Shown in pieces: positions 1 to 13,090 of a DNA stretch of 64,000 nt. The stretch's first letter is position 1; every line of letters begins with the position of its first letter. The notes under the pieces were generated by a model. It saw only the letters and a list, made by a program, of their open reading frames with translations. It searched no databases and was not told the origin of the DNA. This DNA comes from Lepidodermella squamata (lineage: Eukaryota > Animalia > Gastrotricha). The stretch is from assembly GCA_047495785.1 (NCBI GenBank), contig JBLDXI010000034.1:1054001-1118000 (forward strand), written 5' to 3'. The position numbers and the translations under genes are program-made.

Positions 1-2690
1 AACAAATTTAAGGAGGCGAGGGTCGATGATGGGATCGCGAAATTTTTCACGTAATACCACGGAATCCTGCGTAGCACCGCCGTAAATTTGAATGTTGAAA
101 CGTAAAAGCCCTTGTAGAAAACCTGACCTGTCGAATTATTGGTCGAGAACAAGGTCCAACTGTCCCCGGACTGTGAATGCTTGAAATCGAATAGAAGGGA
201 TGCGCTGTCAACACGCACAACGTTGACGTCTCGCTCAAGGGAGAATTCGAAACTGCAGTTTTGGGTGTCGAATGGAAACAAATGAAGGGATAGCTCGCAG
301 CTTGCCTCGAATAAGCCCTCTTTTTGCCAGTAAAATTCGAATGTTCGGTTAATTGTTGGCACCTTTGATGACATCATTATCAAATAATCGTCATTGATGA
401 TCATGTTTCGCATTTGGAGGTGTGAGTTGGCTGCTGATAGAAAGCGGATCTTCGGTAGCCACAAATTACTGAGATTGTCGATGTAAATGGTTTCGAAGTT
501 TCTACCGGTTGGTAGAGCGGGCGAAGAGAACCAGGGGCATGTATTCACTCGCCAATATAGAACCATCAGAGCTTTCACGGTTATGATTTCGTTAACTGTG
601 TCTATTTCATTCAACCCCGATACTTGAAAGCCAATCTTCACCTTGAGGGGAGCATCGTAATTTGTTGAATTTTCGAAATTGCGTGGTGCGTAGACGGAAG
701 AATTGAAATGCCCACATCTTCTCTGAATCGCTGTCATGTTATCGATGTAGTCGAATTGCGGGGTTTCGAAAATAGGTACCATTCTCTCTGCAATTGAGTT
801 GCCGCTTGAGTAGGTTGTATTCTCGGATACCAGTCGGCCACATGCGTTGCTCAAGTTGAACACTTCTTGCTTGTTTAAAGCAATGTTGTAGAAATAGAAA
901 CAAGCAAATTGCACGTCTCCCATCGGAGCCAGCAACTGACTTCCGTTTTCAAAGCCAATGCCTACGTCCATCGAAAGTTTGTCAATCCATTCGCCATCGA
1001 TTTGCGTCTCCCTGAAGAATAAGCAGTGATCTGAAACATAATTGTTAATTGTTACAGTAATTTCATAGATCACTACGTTCTCTATGAGTAATTTCTATGT
1101 GAAATGTTGTGCTTTGTGCGCCAGTAGGATCCCTGAACTAAGGGGCATTTCCTACCTAAAATTAATCAAAGGTTCCCCCTTTGGTTCATTTTGGGGTTTC
1201 CACCTTGTCCTTGGGAGTACGACATCTTCCATTACCCCGGTACTTCGTGTACTGATTTGCGCCTTTCGCTTCTGTGGTAATAATTACCGTAAATTCCCAA
1301 ATACAAGCCCAGAGTGCACTACAATGAACATCAAAGTGCCAAAAAGAAGTGCCGCCTGGGCTTGCATTTGGGAATTTACGGTAAATTAAATGAACTCACT
1401 TGGTGATCGAAGTTCCAATTCGTAGTTGACCGCAAGTGCGTAGAGCGAGCAGTTTGTCGCAAGGACGTTAGAAGTGATTGCAAAAAACGTCCAGGTTTCG
1501 AGGTGTTCATATAACACCCCAAACGATTTGCCTGCCCCATAGGCAAAATCTGTCATTGATAATCCGGTATCTGCTATGGGGGCGAAAACGACAGTCGGAA
1601 GAGAGCTGTTCGAACCACAGAACACAGTGAGTAAACCAAAAATAGTAACAATGCCATGTCCTTTCCCGCATGTCGATGACTTCATGTAGAATGCGAGCGT
1701 GAACCCGGAGCGCGGTCGTGGCAGGCCGTCGTAAGCAACCAAGCCACCAATTCGATTAATGATATATGTAGTCATATTTAACGCAATGCTACCCTGCGCA
1801 TATGGTCCTTCAAATTTCATCAGCTTCGTGTTGTAAGAGCTGGGTTGGCGAGGCACGATGATGTCACCAGCCCCGTTCCAGCCGAGTAGATTCGAATCGA
1901 ATGAAAGCGACCAAAATCCGATGAGATTCTCGCGACGTAGGATCTCCGTCATGTCTATTCCGTCGAATTTGCCCATCAATGCCCATCTAACTGCGTTCCG
2001 GCACGGCGTGAGAAACAACGCCTTCACCTCAACCTCAGTTAAGGCAGCTCTGTAAAACGAAACACAGGATACTCGATATTCTTGAAAACCAGATTCCATT
2101 TGTCCAATTATGAATTTTCGCGATGTTGCGTTCGTGTATATTTGATCTTCCATTGTGAAATCTATGCGTGACAGCTTGTGATCCGTAGTATTTATTTCAT
2201 AGAAAACCAAAGTTCTCGACGGGTCGTCGTAGGTTACAGCTATCATGCGGCTATCGACACTGTTCTTATTACACGAGTGACTCGATTGGGCGTCAAACGA
2301 CTCATAAGGCCCTATTCTCACACCAATGCTAGTGCAGTACAGCTGAAATAAGCCTTGGAATTCAATCTTTCCGAATGGGCCGTCAGCGTGCACGGAAACC
2401 GTGAACGACGTTATAATTTCTGGTATGAAATAACTCGCAATTCTCGATCCTTTCGTCGTGTAGTAACCAGTATTTACCACATTGTTCATCATGAACTCAG
2501 ATGAACTATCATCTGTTTGTTGCGGCTGAAGCTCTTCGTTTTCTCCCGTGAATCCAGTAAGACCGGAGTACGCGTCTAAAGGCCAGAATGCGATTAGATC
2601 GTACCAGCGGGGCATTTGGACAGCGGCAATTTCCAAACGGGCAGTGCATGCAAAAATGCAGCTGGCAAAGATAATCGCGTTATACTTCAT
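1..2690 (-). CDS. LamG/pentraxin-like x2 + Cys-loop ligand-gated ion channel, copy 1 (exons 2690-1400 and 1030-<1; runs off the window in M1)
   Basis: Signal peptide MKYNAIIFASCIFACTA. Donor A|GTGAGT at 1399 (phase 1) and acceptor TTTCAG| at 1031 give the in-frame join ..RSP-N-HCLFFRE... Exon 2 is collinear with 18510-19939 and includes the Cys-loop CELSLHLFPFDTQNC. Confidence 0.85.
1064..1086. mobile_element. 23-bp P-element-like micro-MITE
   Basis: CATAGATCACTACGTTCTCTATG flanked by perfect 8-bp direct repeats AGTAATTT (1056-1063, 1087-1094). Internally deleted relative of 17624-17657. Confidence 0.75.
1117..1254. mobile_element. degenerate hAT-like MITE in the channel-gene intron
   Basis: GTGCGCCAGTAGGATCC...CCCCGGTACTTCGTGTACTG resembles the termini of the 14664-14827 family. 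A related remnant lies in the copy-2 intron (about 20059-20188). Confidence 0.5.
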
Positions 2691-4764
2691 AGCTGAAAAC
2701 GTGAAAAATCATGTAAACCAATAAAATGAGGAAAAAAATCCCCGCGAACTATACATATGTTCTTATTTTAATTTCCTGTAAACGGGCGGGTTCTTTTTCA
2801 AGGGCGAAAAAGACCTGTGTTCGCCGAATTTTCAGTGTGAAAACGTGCTCATGAATTTGAATTATTTGCGCACAAAATCAATGATTTTTCCGTTGAGTTT
2901 CCGTCCGAGATCTTACCTGCAATCAAGTGAGCTGCGAGATCTGCAAATTAATTTGAGAATTAGACATAGTTTTTGAATATATGCCGGGGAACCCCGTACT
3001 GTCGCCGTTCGTGTCGTGGAAATCTTTGTGCCGGGGGAACCCCCGTACTGTCGCCGTTCGTGTCGTGGACATCTTTGTTTCTTTGTTTGTTTGTTTGTAT
3101 GCGCACATGTGCAATGCCTACGTACACGCCTAATGACTACAAGCCTACGTACACGCCTACGTAACGCAATGTGCAAACCATGACTACCCGCCTACATCAC
3201 TCCACAGCCAAAAAAGAAGTCATTCCAACCACTAGCCACTGGAACCTTAAATTGCCGGGTAAACCTTTGCGCACGGACGGAAAATAATTGATTCTTGCTT
3301 CGCGATTTTCGCGAGTTTCGCGAGTTTCGCGAGTTCACACTTCACCCAGCGCTCACTTCATACAAGAACATCATACAAGCCCACGTGATACGAACTAAAC
3401 CGTAAACCGTAGCCAAAGTTCATGCCGTCGTGAATGTTCGAATTTCGAATAGTTTAAGCAATGTAGTGGTGCAGGACAGCTCGTTCAGAACCCATGTGTT
3501 TTACCGCAGCTTTTCTTGCCGCTTGCCGAATTTTTACGAAGTATTACGAACGTTTGCCGTGAAAGCCTCGTAAAACTGCAGTAAAATTTGCATTACATAC
3601 GTGCGGGGCAGTAGCTCGTTCGAAACCGTGTACTTCGATGCTCCGGAGTCAACGATTTCCACTTTCGTTGCTCTGAGGTAACCATGGCGTCGCTAGGAGA
3701 CGTGTCTGCATTAGACTTGGTCCCAATCAATGAGGCTTTAACAGAAACAGCTAAAACAGAGGAACGATAATCTGGAAGTCGTTCGTGTTGCGACGTAAGG
3801 GACCGCCTGTACTAGCGCATATTTCTATATATCATTATACCGCTACATTGCGGTTGTTTACAACTGCGGAGCGGTTGCATCCCAAATTACTATCTTTGGT
3901 TCGAGGGCTATAAAATTGGCATTAGCTGCGATTGCTATCGTGCGTTCTTGGACTCTTGGAGAGAAAAGAGAAATTCAGCTTTTTCGCCTATCATTCCTAT
4001 AATTCTTCAAATTTTTCTCGCTTTCTTCTGGAATTCTTCGATTGCAGATTTAACAGGTAGCAAAAACGAGCTGCCGTGACCAATGAAAAACTATTATTAT
4101 CCGTGACTCGGTGCCGTAAATCTTTATTTTCAATGCAGCGAAATAATTGAAAATGAACAAAGGAAATGAAACTAAGAGAACAATTCATCACACTTTGTTT
4201 AACAGAAATGGCGATAACGGGTTGAATATATCGAAAGATCCAGCACTCTGCAATAGTATAGTAGCGACCTTATGCCGGAATTTTCCTTTTCCAATATTCG
4301 ATATCCAATCTTTATCCAATCAGCTATAACTCAAGTGTCGAATTCGAGTAAAAGTTGAAGTATAATAATCCTAATCAACAATGCAGAATTTGAAATTTAA
4401 CACAGCAGCTAATAGGATGTACTTTACTACTTTAATAGCAGCGGGAGATAATGAAATAAGATTTTAATGAATTATTATTACGTATTTTAGAAACGAGCCA
4501 TTCAAATTAAAAGTTCCTCTGATTTCTACGAAAATGTATAGAATGATATTCATGCACATGTAATATTATTGAAAGTAGATCTCGCCCCTGGAAGTTTTGG
4601 CGGATAAATCTTTGAATTAGGAAACAAGAGGTCTTCAAAGTTTTCTGAAAATGTATCACTTAAAACCGAAATGAACTAACAATTTTCGTTGACGGCGAAA
4701 CTCCATTGGTTAACTAATTAACTAAGTAACGATAACTAAATTGATAAGCCCCAGAAATGGCTTA

Positions 4765-4924
4765 GCGTCGTTGAATAACTCTGATTTGGGCATATTTACG
4801 TCAGTGACAAGTAAAAGGTGATAGCAGAGTTTTTATGTGAACGAAGACGGAAGCAAACTTGTCACCCGTCAACTGTCTGTAACTGACGTGAACAAGCCCT
4901 AATCCGAGTTGTATTCAACGACGC
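4765..4924. mobile_element. MITE, TA-flanked
   Basis: TIR GCGTCGTTGAATAACTC / GAGTTGTATTCAACGACGC. Related copy at about 36050-36222. Confidence 0.65.
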
Positions 4925-5211
4925 TAACGACTACGGTATGACTACGGCGCAGTGATGGCGGTTCATTCTGCTTTGACTGCTTTGGTTTAGCTTTTTTCTT
5001 CCATTTAAAATGTCTATATCTATTGGATACCAATTAAGTGTTAAATTTCAATACCTAGAGCAGATCAGATTTGTCTCCAAAAAGCTGCGCTTTGATTTAG
5101 GATCTAGCCTTGACAAGCAGAACAAACCGCTCCATTGCTCCAGAAATCTACCCGTAAACCCCATAAAGTACGCGCCACTTATTTGCCTTCAATTACTCTG
5201 AAACTCTGAAA

Positions 5212-5630
5212 CAGTGTGGTCCACGGCCGGAAAATGGCGAGTCACCAACCGGAGTCAAAATTGGGCCAAAGAGTCAAAACCATTAAAACGCCGATAAACC
5301 AGTAAATGTTACGTCTAAATATCACTCCAATTCCCGTTCTAGCTCGAAAATTGCTCTCTCTATATTCACCTGTCGCTGCAACGTTTCGGGGGTTCGACTG
5401 GTTTTTAACAAAATTCGTCATTTTTGCGCCTTTGTAACTTGTAGAAAAATAGCTCCCTGCGAGCGAAGCATCTCATTTTGGAGTCAAACTCAGAGCCGGA
5501 GTCAAGTTTAGCTAGGTTATTTGTGACTCTTTCCGGAGTCAAGCTCGGCTTAGTAATCGGAGTCACACATGAGTAAAAAAAATCCCAAAAGAGTCAAAAT
5601 GGCTTGGGAGTCACACTTTGGACCACACTG
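5212..5630. mobile_element. hAT-type MITE
   Basis: TIR CAGTGTGGTCCA/TGGACCACACTG, 8-bp TSD CTCTGAAA/CCCTGAAA, repeated internal GGAGTCA motifs. Confidence 0.75.
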
Positions 5631-6053
5631 CCCTGAAAGTTATTCTGCATTCTCGATTCTCGCCATTAGAAATGCCTGCGAGCTGCGAGATAATGGAGAA
5701 GGATATCCACAAAATAGTTTATAACTAATCGCGTAATAAGTGCTCTCTTGGCATTTTCATGTTAGTAGAAAAATTGGCTCATAGTCCATACTTCCGTAAT
5801 ATGCATTTTTCGTGATGATAACTGCATGGGTCGCATAAAATTATGCTCCGGGAATGGGAAACTAAAAAGTAAGCCCATTCGAACGCAGACTCTGGTCATG
5901 TTTGAACAATAAGTGGTGGATAGTCATGGTTCAACGTCACTATACAGAGAGAGTGCGAGAGAGAGACAGAGACTTTACCCTATGAGTTACCCTATGGATA
6001 TTGATAGAATTGATAGAATTAAATAATAAAAATTATATTATATATTATAATTA

Positions 6054-7307
6054 CAGTAAAAGTCGTCTAAACCGGAATTTCTCTAAACCGGACGGATTTC
6101 AGTGGCTCTTGCAGAAAGTGTGGACTTTACATTATAAATTTGTCGTCTAAACCGGACTCTGTAAACCGGACTTTTCCTAATTCGGAGCGATTTTAGACGC
6201 GGGAAGGTTAAAAAGTCCGGTTTGGACCGTTTTTTCCTTGTTTTCGTCATTTTCAAAACGGTTGGAACCCGGCTCTTCCGAGGCGTTAACCTTGGTGTTG
6301 CTTATGAATGACAGCCAAGTTTGGATGATCCACTGCGCCACCTCCGCTTATGAAATATAATGACGATTAACTCCTGCTTATATACCTTTTTGTGAATAAT
6401 ACGATATCCCTTGTTACAAGATCTAATTGATCAGTGAATACCTAAGTCAAGGTATTGGGTTGGGATTTTTGGGAGTTTCAGGAACTTCCGCGAATTCCAA
6501 ATGAAAAAATGCCGGCTCAATCGTAGGCCGAACCTAGCCGAAACATTTAGTTCGACATAGTTCGGCCAAGATTTAAAATTATTGACGTTGTAAAATGAAT
6601 CTAAAAAATGCGGACTCTAGCAGGTTCTGATATGTGTAGTTAGTTCGGCCAAGCACGACTATGTCAAAAATTGTTCGTCCACGATCCTCCACGCCCGAAA
6701 ATGTTTGACCACATCTCAAGACGTTCGGCCAGGTTCGACCAGGGAAAACGTGCTTCGACTAGGTTCCCGTACAGAAAAAATAAGGTGTTAGGACGACATT
6801 TTGCCATGTAGCGTTTTAACATGTCAATCCTTACCTTGGAGTATTGCTAATTTTGACACGTTAGCACACTCCATTAATTTTCCATGTCAAAATGGCGTGT
6901 CAGGACGCAAAATTCCATGTAGCAGTTTTGACATTTAACAACATGGCACAATCTTAACATGTTTTGGCGGAACATGTTAAATGCACATGTCAGGACGACA
7001 AAATAACATGGAAACAGGTTTACCATGTAGCTTCGGTGTCACATTGGTACTTTCCATGTTACTTTGTTGCATTCCAGCTTATTTTTTCTGTACGGGTTCG
7101 GGGTTCGGCCAAACTGGGTTCGACTAATTAGTGCCGATGGGGCAGGAAATATAGTTTTTTTAATTCTTAAATCTGCTATTAACCGTATTATCTAAGCGCA
7201 AATTTAGACTTCGATTTCCTAAGCCGGACTTAGTCCGGTGGTCGTATAGACCGGATTCGCTCTAAACCGGACGATTTTGCCTGGCGCGCTGCTAGTCCGG
7301 TTTACTG
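6054..7307. mobile_element. Tc1/mariner-pogo (Tigger-like) non-autonomous element with nested insertions
   Basis: TA|CAGTAAA...TTTACTG|TA termini and subterminal TCTAAACCGGA repeats at both ends. Confidence 0.65.
6766..7096. mobile_element. CMC/EnSpm-type MITE
   Basis: TIR CCCGTACAGAAAAAATAAG/CTTATTTTTTCTGTACGGG, 2-bp TSD TT, internal ACATG repeats. Interrupts a GTTCGGCC-repeat segment. Confidence 0.65.
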
Positions 7308-8756
7308 TATAAAATTGATAGAATTATCCTAGACTACGCTCGAAGGGAACGAAGGTGAAATCAAGAAGAGGAGGATAAATTTGGTTGATCTTAAGAATTT
7401 AGCCATGATAACGGAGAAATTGTCTGAAGCGTTTGTGCGTAGTACGCATTCTGCATTCTGGTAGCGTTGCAACCGTTCGGTATCGGATGCGCCGCAATAA
7501 TGATGCTATTACCGGCAAATAAAAAGTAGCTTATATTACCAGTACCAAGTATTTTATTACAAACAGCATGGAAGTACTGCCTAACGCGGTCTCTTACGTC
7601 GCAACACGAACGAAGTCGAGGGCCGTAAATCTTAGCGACATCTATTTCTCGCCGCATTCTCAAATCAAATACGTCCTTGATGATGAAATGCCCCTGGAAC
7701 TCAACGACATTTTGTGATACGCACAAATTTTGTGATACGACGAACGAATTCGGTCCAAGAGGGCCCTGTGTGGAGAAAAACGAAAGTGTATCGTTGACTC
7801 TGGAGCATTCAAGCACACGGTTTCTGAACGACCTGCCCCGCTCAACTTCATTGCCTACGATCTCAACGAGCGTGATGCGGCGACTTTTGCTCTATTTCAC
7901 CATATCGTTCGTGGCGCGGAAGAACCAGCACTTTAGGCAAAAAAACTCGTGTACACAAGAGTACAGTATATTTATTCTGTACAAACTGGTACAGTTTTGA
8001 TGGCCGTAAATGTCAGTACAGCTCATTCGACTGTAGATTGAGTACAGTTGACCAGGCTGTATATTAGATGTACAGCGTTTCATTCCTGTATCATGGCGTA
8101 CAGCTCAATGAGCTGTACGCCCAAGTACAGTCGAATGCAACGTACATGCTGAGTACAGGAGTGACAGCCGTAATGACTGTGTACGGTTCGTCTAAACCGT
8201 ACACGAGAGTACAGGAGATTCATTTTTATAACGTAGTCGATGGAAGTTACGGCCCGCAAACCCACTCACAATTAGATTGACGATTTTGGTGAAAGAGTGA
8301 GAATCGGACGAATGTGCAGGTAATTAATTATTCGACGCGACGATTGCGACGCGACGATAGACGCGACGATAGACGCGACTTCCATGTTTCGTTGCTCACA
8401 TAAGAAACTTGACAAATGATTTCAACCTCTACTCCACCTTCTCAGACAAATGAAAATTGGGCGTTGAGCAATAACGATTATAAGTAAGTTGTTTCCTTTT
8501 CAAACTCCTGTGAATAAAAAGTAGGACCGAAGTCACTTGTCACGTCTAATATTCGATAAATAAGTCATCGTTTTTGATGGTAATAAAGCGCATTTTTAGC
8601 AGAAAGAGCAACTCGTGTCAAAATAAGGAATATAATCACACTTCATATTTCCTTCATGGTGACGATATATCCTATTTTTTCTTCACAGCCCGTTGCCGAT
8701 ATTACCATTGCAAACGATTGTTCACATTTTTCGTGATTTTAGGTAAATTTTCTGAA

Positions 8757-10171
8757 ATGACTGACTCAATAGTAAAAGTGACTATCGGCGAGTCAAAGTG
8801 GGCACGTTGCGTTAGAATGAATAGTTCCGCGGAGAACCCTTTAGTATTTTTAAAAACGAAAATCTACCCCGTCTTCCGCAACATCTTTAAAGCTGACGAC
8901 TATGGCCTTTTTTGGCATGATGGTGATCATTTCGTCATCATTGATGACGATGATGACCTCCTGCTAGCGTTTCACTTGAATCCAGAGCGCCTTCATATAT
9001 CAGTCTTTTTTGGACGCTATCTCGAGGACCTAATGACGCTACAGCCATCTTTGTCGCAAAAGGTCGAGGACTTGACGAGAATGATTTCAGGTATTTGTGA
9101 ATATTTTTATCGAATATATCCTAGGTGGAAGTTCCTCTGATTTTCAAATTTTATGCTCAAAAGGAGAAAGTTTTCAGGACAGATCTTCCTAGTTTAGGTT
9201 AAATGTAAGCTGAATTGCTGGAAAAATCGCAAATTTATCCCAGTTTTTCGCAGCGCTAGGGTTCAGATTGTTTATGCATATTTCTTTAATTAAATGTCTC
9301 TAATTTTGCATAAGAATTACAAACCGAACCTAAGCCGTCGCCGGCCCAGACGCCTTTCAATGCGCCACCTCTGAGTTTAGGTGCGTCACAGTCTCACCTA
9401 CCCATTGTCACCGGTACCAGTGGCTCCAGAGCGGCACCGCAGACAGTTGTTGATCGGACTGGGTCACTTTACGACAAAGTCAAGGAAGTCCCGCTCCTAA
9501 AGGCGGTTGCTAGGACAATGGATGAGCGCCGGGACCTTGGGGAGCCAGGCTACGTCAGGTCAACAACTGAGCACTTCCACCAAATACTCAAGGAGATGGG
9601 TACTTGCTTCGAAGAGTCCTTTGGGGGACGTACCGTCACTAATGTGATGAGCAAAATGAACCAATACAGGGTAAGGCAGTCCTAGTCTTGCTGAAGGCGT
9701 GGTTGCGAGTTTTTGTGAGGTTTTAAAATGGAATGAGGTGGAAATTACTTTAAATCTTCTTTTATATAACCAATTTCTTAGAGGTTTTAAAATATCGAGA
9801 TGGCCGCCATGGAACTTGATGAAACTACTGCTGAGTCTGAGTTGCGCCTAACGCGAAGCGAATGGCTTGAGTTGGAAAAATCTAAGAAAAAAACATCTAG
9901 AAGCTTGAGAGTCAAAGGCCAACGACGAGTTATGGGTAAATTTGTTGGGAAAAAACCTCATCGAATCGGTTTTCGCCGAAAGTGCCGCTTGTGCGATAAA
10001 ACATTTTTCGATTCATCCGGTTTGAAAAAACATTTACAATTGTATTGCAAAAAAACAGGCAGCTTAGCTCTTACTGAGAAGGAAATTGAAGAATTGATTT
10101 ATTGGTCAAAAAAAAATTATTTTGTCAAACAAAATGAGGCACCCAAGAGGCGATCTAGTATGAAAAATTAG
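8757..10171 (+). CDS. transposon cargo gene: PB1-like domain, linker, Myb/SANT-like segment, C2H2-like finger (exons 8757-~9090, 9315-9670, 9782-10171; in-frame TAA at the third codon of exon 3)
   Basis: MTDSIVKVTIG...LFWHDGDHFVIIDDDDDLLLAF matches the PB1 basic Lys plus acidic OPCA-type motif. Exon 2 is fully open in the spliced frame and ends GRTVTNVMSKMNQYR. Exon 3 has CRLCDKTFFDSSGLKKHLQLYC. Confidence 0.6.
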
Positions 10172-10248
10172 CCGATGAGAACTAAAAATGATGCATATTG
10201 AACTTGATTATTGTTTATCTTTAGGACTTTATTTTGTCTACCTTAATA

Positions 10249-12460
10249 ATGTCGAGCAATTCTCATTCTGATGTTAGCGCGACTTGCTCGTCGTGCTTGG
10301 GCTCTGCTGTTGGCAATGTATTGAGCAGAATGCTGGACAACCTCTCAGTTGTTTCCGCAACGTCAACGCCTTCTCAAATGTCGAATATTTCAGAAATTTC
10401 GAATGCTGACTATTTGCCTTCATTCATTTGGCCGAAAACTGAAGAAAGTGACGCGACCCTAGACTCTTCCTCCGATATAGCTAGAAACTTGAAACCCGGT
10501 GAGCCAGATCGAAACGTCCTGTTTCCACCGCTTCGGCCATTTTTATTTTATCATTGCAAGTGCCCAAATCGTTGTAAAGACTATTTTCCTCAGCAAAATG
10601 TCCGCCGGCTATATGACGCTTTTCAAAACAGCAATTTAGATGACCGGCGCAGCTTCATAATTCGCCAAGTAATACCTCGACGTGGTCCTTCGAAACACCA
10701 CACTTTTCAATTCGATGGCGCGTTTTCGAACAAGGCTTCGGCCGGCAACATTCGCGTGTGTTCGAAGTTTTTCCACAGCGCCCTTGGCCTTTCCCCGCGC
10801 AACTTCGTCGAGTGGACTTTAAAGAATAAAATTGGCGATCTAGGTTTCGCCAAGCCGGATGAACGAGGTTGTCAGCCCAATCCTAACGCAATCTCAAACG
10901 AACAGTTTGATCACTGCTGCAGGTATTTCCTTCCGGTCGATTTATGAAAACATTTATTTGCAAATTATTACAGATTCATTGATAGCTATGAGCGTGCACC
11001 CGGTCATTATGTCCGAAAAAATTCCAGAAAAGTTTATATCCAAGGAGACATAACGCAGCGAGAAATGTTCGATGCATATTTGAGGCACTTTTCAACTCTC
11101 TCAGCGGGCCTATACCCACTTGGCTTCTCTTCCTTCAAACGGGTTTTACGCGAAGCCTACCCCGAACTGTCTTTGAAATTAACCAAGAAAGACAAGTGTT
11201 GCAAATGCAGAAAATTTAGATTGCGGCTACGCGAAAACAGAGTTGACGAGAGGCGCAAATCTATCTTCCAGGTGCATTTATACATGAAGAACGCTGCTAG
11301 GCGAGCTTGCAAGGCCGATACGAAAATGGCCCAAGAGAAATCGGAGGTTGTCGTGATACAGCTAGACTATGAAAAAGCATTGTTAAGCCCGGCTATTTCC
11401 GATGCAAACTATCACTACAGGAAAATGAAAACTTGGAATTGCGGTATTTTTGCGATGTTTATATATATTTTAAATATATATTATATCTGTTGCAGTGATT
11501 TATGAAATGGTGTCTAAGAATGCGTTTTGCTTCATGTCCGATGACATTGACCTTGAACACCCTGACGGTAGCTCCGCTGGATCTGCGTTATATGCCTATA
11601 TAACCAAGTATTTACCGGTTCACCATCCGAACTGCCGTACGCTGATCATATATAGTGACAACGGCACAGGGAACCACAGCAGCTACTTCGCAAACGCCAT
11701 CATGTTCGCATTGGAAAACACAACGTCACAGCTCCAATCGGTCCATCACAAATTTTTCCAAGCTAATCATACAATGATGGTCGTTGACCATTGTCATTCG
11801 TAATTTATGAATAGAAAATTGGCCGTTTTTCAACTTTTCAATTTTGTCAGATTGATTGAGCGAAGAGGCAGCCGGCATTCCATCAATTTCCCTACAGACT
11901 GGCGAGAAGTCGCCCGAATTTGTCGCCCTGAACAACCATTTTTCATTCACGATTTGTCTTGGGATGAGCTCCTGGATTTCCACGGCGAGCCAAGCTTCAC
12001 ATCAAAGCTTCGGAAGCCAAAAAACTGGAGAATGAGCAACAACCTCAACTGTGACCTTTTCGGGATTGGAACCAAGCCTAGCACAAAAAGCGATTATTTA
12101 CCATGGTCGGAAGGCGTTTGGTTCAGATATCGAAAGGGGACGAAAGCTGTCTTTGTTCGAGACGGCTACGAAGCGAAATGGCCTTGGAAGATGTACAGTC
12201 TATCGAAAAATTCGCTCAAAAAAGTACCAGTAGGAATTCCCCCGAAACTGAGAAAGTCCCCTCTTCCACTCCCTTACCCTTTGATGGCTGACATGCTTGA
12301 GATGCTGAAGAACGAAATTATACCGAGGTCATATACCGAGAAGATTCTTGATCTTCCTTATCAGCCGTGGAATGGCAAACAATCCGACAAGCGTGCAATA
12401 TTTGAGAGCTTCAATGTTAGAAAAAATTCAGTGCCTTATGATTCAGATTTTGATGATTGA
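10249..12460 (+). CDS. Sola1-type DDD transposase, ~685 aa (exons 10249-10922, 10974-11443, 11496-11799, 11851-12460)
   Basis: Three GT-AG introns of 51, 52 and 51 bp join four ORF-track fragments in frame. Motifs GHYVRK, KKDKCCKC, QLDYEKALLSP, YRKMKTWN, IYSDNGTGN and HKFFQANHTMMVVDHCHSLIER. Confidence 0.85.
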
Positions 12461-12964
12461 ATAAAAGATACCTAATTTCTATATTTGTATGATATAACAT
12501 GAGTAGGAATCTATATTTGAGTGAAGCACGAAATATAGATCGAGTAAAGCGAATGAAACGAGTGAAATCGAGGCGGAGCGAGCCGGTAGGCGAGCGGAGA
12601 CGAGATTTCACGAGGTGAATTAGTCGAACCTAATCACTAATCAGTCAATCAAATTACGTAATAGATAAAACCGCCGAATAACCACTATACTTTGCGTTCA
12701 CTTGCTGACGAAATATCGCGAAAAATGGGAATTTAAATTTGAGTAAACATTTGGATCGAAAATAATTGGTGGCATCCGCTAAGCTATAAGTCTAAGGTCT
12801 TCGCATCTGCAACTGCAGGGATCTGAAGCTGAACTGAAGGGATCTGAAGCTGAAAACTGCTATCCCGATCAAGATAAATAAACTTTACCAAAGAATACGG
12901 CACAGACCATATACCGTACTTGAAGTGCGACATCGTCTTCTGTATTTCGCATGTACACTATCTT

Positions 12965-13090
12965 CTCTCCTGTACCTGAAGTACAGTATCTCTCCTGTAC
13001 TTGAAGTACAGTATCTCTCCTGTACTTGAAGTACAGTATCTCTCCTGTACTTGAAGTACAGTATCTCTCCTGTACTATTAGTACAGTATT
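12965..13090. repeat. 25-bp tandem repeat (~5 copies) with palindromic core, in the Sola right subterminal region
   Basis: Unit CTGTACTTGAAGTACAGTATCTCTC with no spacers. Confidence 0.9.

Larger units (their letters stand above)
3780..7612. mobile_element. non-autonomous Sola1-like DNA transposon (3.8 kb) filled with nested MITEs
   Basis: 27-bp TIR CGTTCGTGTTGCGACGTAAG(G/A)GACCGC and 4-bp TSD AAGT (3776-3779, 7613-7616). Terminus CGTTCGTG is shared with the autonomous element at 7906. Confidence 0.8.

Noticed and set aside
1386-2690. Stand-alone secreted LamG proteins (also 20201-21556 and 55349-56680)
   Set aside because: C-terminal tails after the conserved GT donor are unrelated between copies, and the second domain is incomplete without exon 2.
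12965-13090. CRISPR-like palindromic repeats
   Set aside because: Head-to-tail units without spacers, no cas genes, eukaryotic context inside transposon TIRs.
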